From the NCBI GenBank assembly GCA_964617955.1, contig CAZTXB010000007.1, forward strand, positions 89,085 through 153,084: DNA of 64,000 bases, in the 5' to 3' direction. The notes under the pieces are model-generated. The model was not told the DNA's origin. It did not search any database and was given only the letters and a program-made list of their open reading frames with translations. Shown in pieces: positions 37,240 through 47,019 of the stretch. The DNA comes from an uncultured Chitinophaga sp. Its GTDB lineage: Bacteria; Bacteroidota; Bacteroidia; NS11-12g; UBA9320. The translations under genes and the position numbers were made by a program. Position 1 is the first letter of the stretch. Each line of letters begins with the position of its first letter.

Positions 37240-38796
37240 ATGACAGATAATCCGTATCATATTCAAATTACACAAAATTTACCGCGGGTATTATCGCTTT
37301 TTGATTTTGACAGGAGTAGCAAAAGCTATGGCATGGGTGATCGCTATCATTGGGCATGGGGATTAATAGATTTTGGCAATGGTAGCTTTCAAGGTGCTGC
37401 TAATGGGATGGCCTATCTTTGGAAGAATAGCTTGTGGCCTTATAAAACTGAAAAGGCAAAATTCCTTGACAGAATTGATGCCATGTTTATAGCGGCCGGA
37501 TTTTTAACACGTAAAGACGGCAGCCTTGAAGAAGCATTTCCGAGAGAAGGTTCTTATTGTGTTACTGCGCTTGTAGCATTTGACCTGCTCTGTGCATTCG
37601 AGCAGCTTGAATCTGAAATAACTAAGCAATTAAAATCAGGTTGGTTGAATATCATAAAGCCAATGATTGATTACCTGGTAAAGGCAGATGAAACACATGC
37701 AATTATATCCAATCATTTGGCAACCGCGGTAGCTGCACTTATCAGGTGGAAAGAAATCACTAATGATAACGAGGCTGAAAAAAAAGCGCATTTATTACTG
37801 AACCGGATAATAAAATATCAGTCTGCCGAAGGGTGGTTTAAAGAATATGACGGGGCCGACCCCGGTTACCAAAGCCTTTGTACCTATTACTTGGCTGATG
37901 TGCACCATAAAAGACCTGATCTTAAATTATCAGAGCCTTTGCAAAAATCGGTAAAGTTCATCTGGCATTTTGCCCACCCCGATGGTTCTTTCGGAGGCAT
38001 TTACGGAAGCCGTTATACAAGATTCTATTACCCTGCCGGTTTTGAACTACTGGCTGAAGAAATACCTGAGGCGGCAGCACTGGCTGATTTTATGTCTGAG
38101 AGCATAAAAAATACAACTGTCGCTACCCTGAGTTCAATTGACGAGCCTAATATTATACCCATGTTTAATGCCTATTGCCGTGCTGCTGTAGCTAGCAATA
38201 AGTTGGGCAGGAATCAGGCTTTGCCAGAACTACCATGTAAGGTATTAAACAGCCGCATCGACTTTAATGAGGCCGGCCTTATTGTTGAAGGAGGAGCAAA
38301 ATACTATTCCATTATTGGTACTTTTAAGGGCGGTGTTGTCATGCATTTTCAAAATCAGGCATTGGCTGTCTACAATGCCGGGGTAGTAGTAAAAAACCCT
38401 TCGGGTCAATTAGGCAGCAGCCAATCTTATAATACAAATAATGATATTAAAATTACAGGGGACAATATTATAATTCAATCCCCGATTGTGCTAATGCCAA
38501 AACAATTACCTGGTCCGTTAGATTTTTTAATCCTTCGTTTTCTCAGTTTAACTTTTTTCAGGATACCTTCATTCAGGGAATGGATTAAGAAATTACTCGT
38601 CCGCCTACTTATTACCCGTAAAAAGACCTGGCCGGCCCATAATACAAGAGAAATACGTTTTGGCTACGACCTCAATGTTTCTGATAAGTTACAGGGACCG
38701 GCAGGTTATAATATATTGGATAATATCAAAAACTTTGTTGCCATACACATGGCAAGCCAGGGTTATTGGCAAATACAGGATGAAATAAAAGAATGA
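37240..38796 (+). CDS. Hypothetical protein, possible alpha/alpha-toroid enzyme
   Basis: 518-aa ORF in the operon; GMGDRYHWAW, QSAEGWFKEYDGADPGYQSL, HPDGSFGGIYGSR; family not recognised with confidence. Confidence 0.55.
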   Translation: MTDNPYHIQITQNLPRVLSLFDFDRSSKSYGMGDRYHWAWGLIDFGNGSFQGAANGMAYLWKNSLWPYKTEKAKFLDRIDAMFIAAGFLTRKDGSLEEAFPREGSYCVTALVAFDLLCAFEQLESEITKQLKSGWLNIIKPMIDYLVKADETHAIISNHLATAVAALIRWKEITNDNEAEKKAHLLLNRIIKYQSAEGWFKEYDGADPGYQSLCTYYLADVHHKRPDLKLSEPLQKSVKFIWHFAHPDGSFGGIYGSRYTRFYYPAGFELLAEEIPEAAALADFMSESIKNTTVATLSSIDEPNIIPMFNAYCRAAVASNKLGRNQALPELPCKVLNSRIDFNEAGLIVEGGAKYYSIIGTFKGGVVMHFQNQALAVYNAGVVVKNPSGQLGSSQSYNTNNDIKITGDNIIIQSPIVLMPKQLPGPLDFLILRFLSLTFFRIPSFREWIKKLLVRLLITRKKTWPAHNTREIRFGYDLNVSDKLQGPAGYNILDNIKNFVAIHMASQGYWQIQDEIKE

Positions 38797-39986
38797 TTCC
38801 CCGTTTTAAACCATGGCTCGGGTGGCATGAACTCTTTTCAATCATCTCACCTCCAAAAAATGCTGTAGAACGTTTTGAAAAAGAATTTGCAGAAGCCTTT
38901 TCTGCAAATGAAGCAGTAGCCTTTCCTTATGGACGATCTGCACAATGGGCTTTTTTCAAAGCTCTTGGGATTGAAAATTCCGAGGTTATAATGCCGGCCT
39001 ATACCTGCTCTGTGGTGGCACATGCAGTAACCCTTAGCGGAAACCGTCCAAGATTTGTGGATATCAGCCCAGTTGATTACAATATGAACCTTGATTTAAT
39101 TCCAGCTCTAATAAATGTAAAAACCAGTGCTATAATTGCCACACATACTTTTGGTTATCCTCAGAATATTGACAGGCTTGAAGCAATTGTTAAAGAAGCT
39201 GAATTACGATATGGGAATAAAATTTGGCTCATGCAGGATTGCTGTCATGCATTTGGTGCTACATGGGAGGGCCGGATGATTGGTACATCGGGTGATGTTG
39301 CCGTTTATGCATTTAACATTAGCAAGCTGATGACTTCCATATTTGGTGGTATGTTAACATTTCAGGACAAAGCACTTGCAGAAAAAATTCGCCTATGGCG
39401 TGACAAAAACTACAAAAAAGCAGGTTCCTACAAAACGATTAAAAGAATATTTTATCTTTTTGCCGTTTGGATAGCATTTAACGAAACAATTTATGGATTT
39501 ACCTGGTGGCTGCAGGAAAAAACACCCTTACTCAACTGGCTGACGAAGTCTTATCACCTCGACAATAAAATTCATTTCCCACCCGACTACCTTGATAAAA
39601 TGCTAAATTCGGAGGCAGCAGTTGGCTTGGTTCAATTAAAAAAATATCCTGAGATTATAAGTAGACGGCGCGAAAATGCTGCTTGGTATCATAAAAATTT
39701 ACAAAGAAGAGAAGGATGGATTTCTCCTCCAATTGTTGAGGGTGCTACCTACTCTCACTATGTTATCAGGGTTCCTGAAAGAAAAAAGGTAATAGATGAA
39801 ATGGCAAGTAAAGGTATACATTTGGGAGAATTAATTCAGTACAGTATCCCCAATTTATGCGTTTACAATAATTTTGGAGAAGAATGCCCCACTTCACTGC
39901 ATTGCAGTGAAGCCACTATTAATATGCCAACTGGTTTAGGCAGTGAAACTAGAAAGAAAAAAATACTTACCAAAATAAATTTATAA
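38793..39986 (+). CDS. DegT/DnrJ/EryC1/StrS (ArnB-like) PLP aminotransferase
   Basis: VIMPAYTC, ATHTFG, QDCCHAFG, FNISK..TSIFGG. Confidence 0.85.
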   Translation: MIPRFKPWLGWHELFSIISPPKNAVERFEKEFAEAFSANEAVAFPYGRSAQWAFFKALGIENSEVIMPAYTCSVVAHAVTLSGNRPRFVDISPVDYNMNLDLIPALINVKTSAIIATHTFGYPQNIDRLEAIVKEAELRYGNKIWLMQDCCHAFGATWEGRMIGTSGDVAVYAFNISKLMTSIFGGMLTFQDKALAEKIRLWRDKNYKKAGSYKTIKRIFYLFAVWIAFNETIYGFTWWLQEKTPLLNWLTKSYHLDNKIHFPPDYLDKMLNSEAAVGLVQLKKYPEIISRRRENAAWYHKNLQRREGWISPPIVEGATYSHYVIRVPERKKVIDEMASKGIHLGELIQYSIPNLCVYNNFGEECPTSLHCSEATINMPTGLGSETRKKKILTKINL

Positions 39987-39988
39987 AG

Positions 39989-40597
39989 TTGAAAACTCTA
40001 CTCATCCTGGGTGATGATAACATCACGGCCCCAATAAAAAATAATTCTGCTCTGGATAACCCTGATATTTTAGTTTCGATTGATAAATCAACAAATTTAT
40101 ATCGTGTTATCAAATTAGTTCTTAGTAAAAGTATCAGTCCTGCACTGATAGTAAAAATGATCATTTGTAATTTAAGGCGAGGTTCGGTGCCTTCTAAAAG
40201 AAACAACTTTATACAAATAAAAAGTAACAAAGAGCTACTTGATGTTATTGAAGAGCATAAACCATCAAGAATTGTTCTTTTCCGTGCCGGTCTGATTATT
40301 TCTAAAAAGGTGATTTCAAGTAATATTCCCTTACTTAATATTCATTGTGCCAAAATTCCAGAGTATGGGGGAATAGGTTCTATTCAGAGGGCACTAAATG
40401 ATAAGGCTGTGAACCAATTCGCAACTCTCCATCAGGTAACAACCACTATTGACAAAGGAAAAGTATTTGATGAGGAACCCTTTACATTGAATCTTAAGAA
40501 AAGTTATTGTTATAACGAAAATGAAGCTTATTCCGCAGGAACAACTCTTTTATACAGGACTCTGTCTTCCAAAACAGGTTTTGCTCACAATTTATAG
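39989..40597 (+). CDS. Formyltransferase-like protein
   Basis: LNIHCAKIPEYGG, TLHQVTTTIDKGKV. Confidence 0.75.
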   Translation: MKTLLILGDDNITAPIKNNSALDNPDILVSIDKSTNLYRVIKLVLSKSISPALIVKMIICNLRRGSVPSKRNNFIQIKSNKELLDVIEEHKPSRIVLFRAGLIISKKVISSNIPLLNIHCAKIPEYGGIGSIQRALNDKAVNQFATLHQVTTTIDKGKVFDEEPFTLNLKKSYCYNENEAYSAGTTLLYRTLSSKTGFAHNL

Positions 40598-40616
40598 ATA
40601 ATATTTTCTTTAGTTC

Positions 40617-42203
40617 GTGATTTCCATGCAACAAATACTTTTTTCGAATCGGAGAATCCGTTTAGTGCTGCAAACTGTGGTTTATATTCTCACCTCTCCT
40701 GTAACAAATCTTATGTCTCTTGTAAAAACGATTAGCGCATGTGGGGTTCTAAACCTTAAAAATGCATCTAATTATGCAGGTTTTTCAGAACACTCCGCCG
40801 GCACCTGGCCTTTTTATTTCCGTTTTTCACTTGAGCTTTCCAGGTTAGGTAGGAAGGGCGTTTCACCATTCTTGGGCTTTGGAAACCATAATTTAAATAA
40901 ATTCTTTTATTATACTGAATCATTATTTTTTTTCAGGAAATTCAGTAACCTCTTGGTGATTTTCAGTTTAGTGGCCTGGCTTTTGTTTCACTTCATATGG
41001 TTAAGCAAAATCCACATTATATGGATTTTAATACCCCTTTTTATTGCACTCATAAGTACATCATTTACTGGCATATTATCAATAATAAATTATAATGCTT
41101 CGGGATGGATGTTTTTCCCACTTGCTTTATATGCAATACTATCTCAAAATTGGGTATTAGCAGGAATTTCATGGTTCCTTATAAGCTTTGGTTCTTTTAC
41201 CTGTTGCTTTGTAGGGGGTATTTTTACTTTCCTGGCAGTATTAACAACTCAGAGTCTTTTGCCGGTGTATGCATTTTTACCTGCCTTAATAAAATTGTCT
41301 TTTAATTTTCTGCCACTTGTTTCAATGGGTAATCCAAAAGAGGCATTCCTAAATATTGCCAAGGCAATTGGCCTTGTAAAAACCAGTAATATAAGATATA
41401 AAAGAGCTGAAAATTCTAAAAAATTACTTACAGAAAACAACCTGTATTATGCATTTGCCATTATTCAATTCATCTTTGTTTTTTACCATCTTAACAGTAG
41501 CATGAACATATACCTTATAACAGGGTTTACACTTTTTATTTTAAATACTTCTTTCCTGCGATTTGCAGACGAAGAAACAATCTGGATACTTACATTGAGC
41601 TTATCAACAGCTGCAGTTATACAAACCATTAATGAAAACAATTTCATAGGACTTCTTTTTTCATACTGGATATTGATTTCTCCTTTACCAAGGATATTTT
41701 TTCTACCGGAAAAACATCTGAACAAATTTGTAATAGCTATTCGGCCATTTAAGCCTGTTAACATCAAAAGTGAAATGGACAGATACTATGATTTATTTAA
41801 AAATGTTAAGCCTGGCCAAAGAATACTGATGGCATTTAAAGAACCATTTGAATATGATGATGTATTTGATGGTTTAAGGTTTCATATTGAATTTCCTCTT
41901 TACGCTGCAACCCTAAAAAAAATCCATCTCTTCCCCGACTGGCTGGCTGTTTATCAGACCAATTATATAGGTGCCCTTAATTGCTGGGGGAATGAACCGA
42001 AAGAAATAATTCAAAATTTAAGCAGTTGGAAAGCTGATTACACTATGATTTACCAAACTGATTCTGATAAAATTGATACCAAATGGGGCAAAAATGGTTT
42101 TACACCAATATCTTCCAAATTATTTAATGGCAACTTTATGAGTAAACAGCCTGTAAATTGGTGGCTGCTGGAATATTCTGCCCTTAAAAATAATAAAATC
42201 TGA
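40617..42203 (+). CDS. Multi-pass membrane protein with soluble C-terminal domain, possible GT-C-type transferase
   Basis: Roughly 9-10 hydrophobic segments followed by a ~160-aa hydrophilic tail; alternative ATG at 40626. Confidence 0.55.
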   Translation: MISMQQILFSNRRIRLVLQTVVYILTSPVTNLMSLVKTISACGVLNLKNASNYAGFSEHSAGTWPFYFRFSLELSRLGRKGVSPFLGFGNHNLNKFFYYTESLFFFRKFSNLLVIFSLVAWLLFHFIWLSKIHIIWILIPLFIALISTSFTGILSIINYNASGWMFFPLALYAILSQNWVLAGISWFLISFGSFTCCFVGGIFTFLAVLTTQSLLPVYAFLPALIKLSFNFLPLVSMGNPKEAFLNIAKAIGLVKTSNIRYKRAENSKKLLTENNLYYAFAIIQFIFVFYHLNSSMNIYLITGFTLFILNTSFLRFADEETIWILTLSLSTAAVIQTINENNFIGLLFSYWILISPLPRIFFLPEKHLNKFVIAIRPFKPVNIKSEMDRYYDLFKNVKPGQRILMAFKEPFEYDDVFDGLRFHIEFPLYAATLKKIHLFPDWLAVYQTNYIGALNCWGNEPKEIIQNLSSWKADYTMIYQTDSDKIDTKWGKNGFTPISSKLFNGNFMSKQPVNWWLLEYSALKNNKI

Positions 42204-42204
42204 C

Positions 42205-42822
42205 ATGGTAACCATTATCGATTATAATATAGGTAATTTGCTTTCTATACAAAACATGTTAAGCAGAATTGGAATTAAAAGTATAATCAGCGATAAAGAA
42301 AGCGAGATCAAAGTAGCTGATAAATTAATTTTACCAGGTGTAGGGAGTTATGACTACGGAATGGAACAATTGTATAAATCAGGTTTGATTAATTTACTAA
42401 ATGAAAAGGTTAGAATACGAAAAACACCTATTCTTGGTATTTGTCTGGGTGCACAAATGCTTACAGAAGGAAGCGATGAAGGAAAACTTAAAGGATTAGG
42501 ATGGATAAAAGGAAAAACAATAAACTTTGATAAAAGCAAATTGGAATCAAATCAAAAAATACCCAACATGGGATGGAGAGACGTAACAGATTATAATCTA
42601 TCAAAGTTATTTAATAATATGCCTGAAAATCCGAGGTTTTATTTTGTTCATTCGTATCATTTCTGCATCGAAAATGAAGAAGAGGTAATTGTAAAGGCTA
42701 ATTATGGATATGATTTTGCAGCGGGCATTGAAAAAGATAATATACTAGGGGTTCAATTCCACCCTGAAAAGAGCCATAAATATGGTATGAAAATCTTAGA
42801 AAACTTTGTTAAATATTATTAA
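42205..42822 (+). CDS. hisH: HisH-like glutamine amidotransferase (polysaccharide-locus paralog)
   Basis: IDYNIGN, ILPGVG, LGICLGAQ, FYFVHSY, GVQFHPEKS. Confidence 0.92.
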   Translation: MVTIIDYNIGNLLSIQNMLSRIGIKSIISDKESEIKVADKLILPGVGSYDYGMEQLYKSGLINLLNEKVRIRKTPILGICLGAQMLTEGSDEGKLKGLGWIKGKTINFDKSKLESNQKIPNMGWRDVTDYNLSKLFNNMPENPRFYFVHSYHFCIENEEEVIVKANYGYDFAAGIEKDNILGVQFHPEKSHKYGMKILENFVKYY

Positions 42823-43621
42823 TTTGATTAAAGGAACTCTAAAAAACTTGGCTTACGGTAAAACAATCCCTGTGTTGTGGGGAAATTTGATGGGTTTAAA
42901 ACTCAAGCTAAATCACCTATTAAAAGGTTCGGTTCTTCTAAAGAATTATGAACCGGATAAACAACTGGCATTTAAACTTTTTTTAGAAGAAAATGACGTA
43001 TTTTTTGATGTGGGTGCAAACGTTGGTTTACACAGCTACTATGTTGCCATGCATATTCCTTCTGCTAAAATATATGCATTTGAACCGCTAACTGAAAATG
43101 TTGAATATATTAGGCAAACCATAAAAAATAATAATTTATTGGCAATAGAATTAATTGAATCTGCCGTGAGTGATAAAAACGGTGAAACGTCTTTTGACGT
43201 AAACACTGACAATTCAAGAGGCAATATCACAAACACCCCTACTGGCTTAAAAGTAAGCTTAATAACTTTAGATCAATTCTGCAAGGAGAACCGTGTAAAT
43301 CCAAGCCTCTTAAAAATTGATGTTGAAGGTGCCGAAGGCGATGTGCTGAAAGGCTCGGAAAACCTAATAGCTTCATGCAGACCTACCTTTATTGTAGAAC
43401 TACATAGTCCTGAGCAGGATTTATTTGTTGCAAACTTTTTTCTTAACCGTGAGTATCAAATTTATAGATTAAATGAAGCGGCAAATAAGGAATCGGACAA
43501 ACTGCTAATTAAAATAAAAAAGCCAGAAAAATCGTGGCCAGATCCTGATGGCGTATTTGGCAGTATTGCGGCAATACCTAATGAAAAATTTCTTTCTAGA
43601 TATGACGCCTATATTCAATAA
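42806..43621 (+). CDS. FkbM-family methyltransferase
   Basis: FFDVGANVG, YAFEP, ITLD, LKIDVEGAE. Confidence 0.9.
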   Translation: MLNIINLIKGTLKNLAYGKTIPVLWGNLMGLKLKLNHLLKGSVLLKNYEPDKQLAFKLFLEENDVFFDVGANVGLHSYYVAMHIPSAKIYAFEPLTENVEYIRQTIKNNNLLAIELIESAVSDKNGETSFDVNTDNSRGNITNTPTGLKVSLITLDQFCKENRVNPSLLKIDVEGAEGDVLKGSENLIASCRPTFIVELHSPEQDLFVANFFLNREYQIYRLNEAANKESDKLLIKIKKPEKSWPDPDGVFGSIAAIPNEKFLSRYDAYIQ

Positions 43622-43634
43622 TCAAATCTATTAG

Positions 43635-44396
43635 ATGCAAGCCAGAGTCATCCCGGTGTTGCTACTAAGTCAAGGAGGATTGGTAAAGTCAGTTCATTTT
43701 AAAAATCATAAATATGTTGGGGACCCAATAAATGCGGTTAAAATCTTTAATGAAAAAGAAGTAGATGAAATTGCAATTTTAGATATTAGCGCTACCTCAG
43801 AAAATCGAAAACCTAATATAGCCCAAATTGCTGAATTAGCATCGGAGACATTCATGCCAATGGCCTATGGTGGAGGCATCAGTACCTTAGATCAAATCAA
43901 AGAAATATTTTACAATGGCGTCGAAAAAGTAATTTTAAATACCAATGCTTTTAAAACCCCGGAATTAGTCACTGATGCCGCACGTTTATTTGGGAATCAG
44001 AGTATAGTGGTATCGGTTGATGTAAAAAAAACTTTTCTCGGAGGCTATAAAGTATTTACACATAATGGTACGAACAATACTGGCTTATCGCCTGTGGAAT
44101 ATTCAAAAATGATGCAGAACAATGGAGCAGGTGAAATCATCCTCAACAGCATTGACAGGGATGGAACTTTAATGGGTTATGACAATACATTAATTGAGCA
44201 AGTGGCATCTTCAGTAGATATTCCGGTGATAGCGCTTGGAGGGGCCGCATCACTTACCCATTTTAAGGAGGCGATTAAGTATGGCGCTTCGGCTGTTGCT
44301 GCAGGCAGTATGTTTGTTTTCCAGGGACCCCACCGAGCTGTATTAATCAGTTATCCTTCTCAATCGGAATTGAAAGAAATCGTTTACCAAAAATAA
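43635..44396 (+). CDS. hisF: HisF-like cyclase subunit (HisF2/AglZ-type, acetamidino modification)
   Basis: RVIPVLL, YVGDPINAVKIFNEKEVDE, AYGGGI, SIDRDGT, AVAAGSMFVFQG. Confidence 0.9.
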   Translation: MQARVIPVLLLSQGGLVKSVHFKNHKYVGDPINAVKIFNEKEVDEIAILDISATSENRKPNIAQIAELASETFMPMAYGGGISTLDQIKEIFYNGVEKVILNTNAFKTPELVTDAARLFGNQSIVVSVDVKKTFLGGYKVFTHNGTNNTGLSPVEYSKMMQNNGAGEIILNSIDRDGTLMGYDNTLIEQVASSVDIPVIALGGAASLTHFKEAIKYGASAVAAGSMFVFQGPHRAVLISYPSQSELKEIVYQK

Positions 44397-44403
44397 AACT
44401 GAA

Positions 44404-45549
44404 ATGGTTTTAAGTGAAAAAGATCCCAATTACAGACAATGCTCATTGAGCGTGATGGATAATATCGCCGATCCTGATATAAGATTTGATGAGAATGGAA
44501 TTTGCAACTATTATGAGGAATACTTGGAAGCTGAAAAATTATACACTCTTAGAAATGAAGCAGCTGAAGAGCGTGTAAGTAACCTGATTTCTGAAATGAA
44601 ACAGGCCGGAAAAGGAAAAAAATACGATTGTATGCTTGGAGTGAGTGGAGGTGTTGACAGTACTTATTTGGCATTAAAAGCGAAAGAATATGGTTTAAGG
44701 GTTTTATGTGTGCACTTCGACAATGGCTGGAACAGTGAGCTGGCCGTTAAAAATATTGAAAACATAATTTCTAAATGTGGATTTGATCTTTATACATATG
44801 TCATTGATTGGCCTGAATTTCGAGATATTCAATTGGCTTACTTTAAAGCCAATGTAATAGACCTTGAAGCAGTTACAGATATTGCCATTTTTTCTTCGTT
44901 AGATAAAATTTGCAAGGAAAATAAATTAAAGTACATAATTGATGGTCGAAATGTTTGGACAGAAGAAACATTACCCAAGGCCTGGATATTTAAAGATCCA
45001 GAAAATCTGATAGATATTCATCATAAATTTGGCTCTCTTACGCTTAAAAGCTACCCTTTATTGCATAAATTCAGGCGTGCCTATAATCAATTTCAAAAGC
45101 CTTTTCATAGTATTAAATTGTTAAATTATTTGCCATACCATAAAAAGAGTGCCAAAGAAGAAATATCAAATAAGCTAGCATGGAGAGATTATGGAGGTAA
45201 ACACTATGAGTCAGTTTTTACGCGTTTCTATCAAGGGTATATATTACCTGAAAAATTCAAAGTAGATAAACGTAAAGCCCACCTGTCAAACTTAATTTTT
45301 GCGGGGCAAATCACCAAAGCACAAGCTTTGGAAGAGCTTTTAGATCCTATTTATCCGGAGCAACAAATGAAGATTGACAAAGAATTTATCTTGAAAAAAC
45401 TGGGATTTAGTGAAAAAGAATTCGAAGATTATATCCAAACGCCGGGAATCCCGCATACCACTTATAAGGTAACTGGATCCTTAGCGGATGAATACTCTAT
45501 CATCAGGCTTATCAAACCTGTTTTTAAAAAATTAAAAGGTTTCAAATGA
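44404..45549 (+). CDS. N-acetyl sugar amidotransferase (WbuX/WbpG-like)
   Basis: FDENGICNY, YDC..GVSGGVDS, HFDNGWNSELA..NI, WRDYGGKHYES, DKRKAHLS. Confidence 0.9.
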   Translation: MVLSEKDPNYRQCSLSVMDNIADPDIRFDENGICNYYEEYLEAEKLYTLRNEAAEERVSNLISEMKQAGKGKKYDCMLGVSGGVDSTYLALKAKEYGLRVLCVHFDNGWNSELAVKNIENIISKCGFDLYTYVIDWPEFRDIQLAYFKANVIDLEAVTDIAIFSSLDKICKENKLKYIIDGRNVWTEETLPKAWIFKDPENLIDIHHKFGSLTLKSYPLLHKFRRAYNQFQKPFHSIKLLNYLPYHKKSAKEEISNKLAWRDYGGKHYESVFTRFYQGYILPEKFKVDKRKAHLSNLIFAGQITKAQALEELLDPIYPEQQMKIDKEFILKKLGFSEKEFEDYIQTPGIPHTTYKVTGSLADEYSIIRLIKPVFKKLKGFK

Positions 45550-46547
45550 TAACTTTTGCTATTATAGGCTGTGGTAGAATCGCCCAGCGCCATGCAGAAC
45601 ATATTAATACAGTTGGGAAACTTGTCGCGGTTTGTGATGTTGTTGAAGAACGGGCTGATGAACTTGCCACTAAGTATAATGTAAAGGCATACTACGGTAT
45701 TGATGAACTGTTAAAAAATGAATCCATGGATGTCGTAACCATTTGCAGCCCAAATGGCCTCCATGCTGAACATACAATCAAATCATTAAACGCAGGCTTT
45801 CATGTGCTTTGTGAAAAACCTTTGGCGATTGATGTAAATGATTGTGGTGAGATGATAAAGGCAGCTGAAAGGGCCAACAAACGCCTTTTTGCCATAAAGC
45901 AAAACCGATTCAATCCACCTGTGGTCGCGGTAAAAAAAGCTATAGATGATGGTAAATTGGGGAAATTACTAAGTGTACAATTAAGTTGTTTTTGGAACAG
46001 AGACCAGGAATACTATGCCAATTCATGGAAGGGCACCAATGACCTTGATGGCGGGACTTTATTTACCCAATTCAGTCATTTTATAGATCTTTTATACTGG
46101 ATGGTCGGAGATGTTAAAAATGTGGAAGCTTTTATTGGCAATTACGCCCATAAGGACATTATTGAATTTGAAGATACTGGGGTGGTTATTCTTGAGTTTT
46201 ATAATGGGGTTATAGGGAGCATTAATTATTCAGTTAACGCCTATCAAAAAAACATGGAAGGTTCCCTAACCCTATTTGGTGAAAATGGAACTGTGAAAAT
46301 AGGTGGACAATATTTAAATGAACTGGAATACCAGAATATTAAAGATTTCAAAATTGAAAACCTGCCTTTGGGAAATAAGCCTAATAACTATGGTAATTAT
46401 CTAGGCTCAATGAGCAACCACGATAAGGTTTACGAGAACCTTATTGATGTGTTGACTAACAATGCAAGCATATCGACCAATGCCTTTGAAGGGTTAAAAA
46501 CAGTTGAAATTATTACCAAAATTTATACTAAATCTAAGACCATATGA
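45546..46547 (+). CDS. Gfo/Idh/MocA oxidoreductase (WbpB/WlbA-like)
   Basis: IGCGRIA.RH, SPNGLH, LCEKP, KQNRFNPP, DGGTLFTQFSHFID. Confidence 0.88.
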   Translation: MITFAIIGCGRIAQRHAEHINTVGKLVAVCDVVEERADELATKYNVKAYYGIDELLKNESMDVVTICSPNGLHAEHTIKSLNAGFHVLCEKPLAIDVNDCGEMIKAAERANKRLFAIKQNRFNPPVVAVKKAIDDGKLGKLLSVQLSCFWNRDQEYYANSWKGTNDLDGGTLFTQFSHFIDLLYWMVGDVKNVEAFIGNYAHKDIIEFEDTGVVILEFYNGVIGSINYSVNAYQKNMEGSLTLFGENGTVKIGGQYLNELEYQNIKDFKIENLPLGNKPNNYGNYLGSMSNHDKVYENLIDVLTNNASISTNAFEGLKTVEIITKIYTKSKTI

Positions 46548-47011
46548 ATAAACCTACAATCTACGAATCAAAAATTACAGATGTAATTTTCGGTCGAAAT
46601 GTAAAAGTTGTGGGGCCTGTAAACTTGTATGGTTGCACAATTGGAGACGACAGTTTTATAGGTCCTTTTACCGAAATTCAAAAAGATGTGGCAATAGGCA
46701 GAATGGTCAAAATTCAATCTCATTCCTTTATTTGTGAGCTAGTAACCATTGGTGACAATAGCTTCATTGGACACGGTGTTATGTTTATTAATGACCTTTT
46801 CTCCTCAGGTGGTCCGGCTGCAGGAGATATATCCAAATGGAAATCAACGCAAATTGGAAAAAATGTTTCTATAGGCTCCAATGCTACTATACTTCCTGTA
46901 AAAATATGTGATCATACGGTTATAGGGGCAGGAGCGGTCATTACAAAAGATATCCTTACACCGGGAATTTACGCCGGGAATCCCGCAAAACTGATTCGTA
47001 CAATTCTTTAA
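46544..47011 (+). CDS. Hexapeptide-repeat N-acetyltransferase (WbpD/WlbB-like)
   Basis: NLYGCTIG, IQSHSFICE, FINDL, IGSNATILP, GAGAVITKD, AGNPA. Confidence 0.88.
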   Translation: MNKPTIYESKITDVIFGRNVKVVGPVNLYGCTIGDDSFIGPFTEIQKDVAIGRMVKIQSHSFICELVTIGDNSFIGHGVMFINDLFSSGGPAAGDISKWKSTQIGKNVSIGSNATILPVKICDHTVIGAGAVITKDILTPGIYAGNPAKLIRTIL

Positions 47012-47019
47012 AACAAAAA

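Noticed and set aside
42205-44396. Histidine biosynthesis operon
   Set aside because: Only hisH/hisF paralogs next to a WbuX-like gene; the motifs fit the sugar-amidination type.
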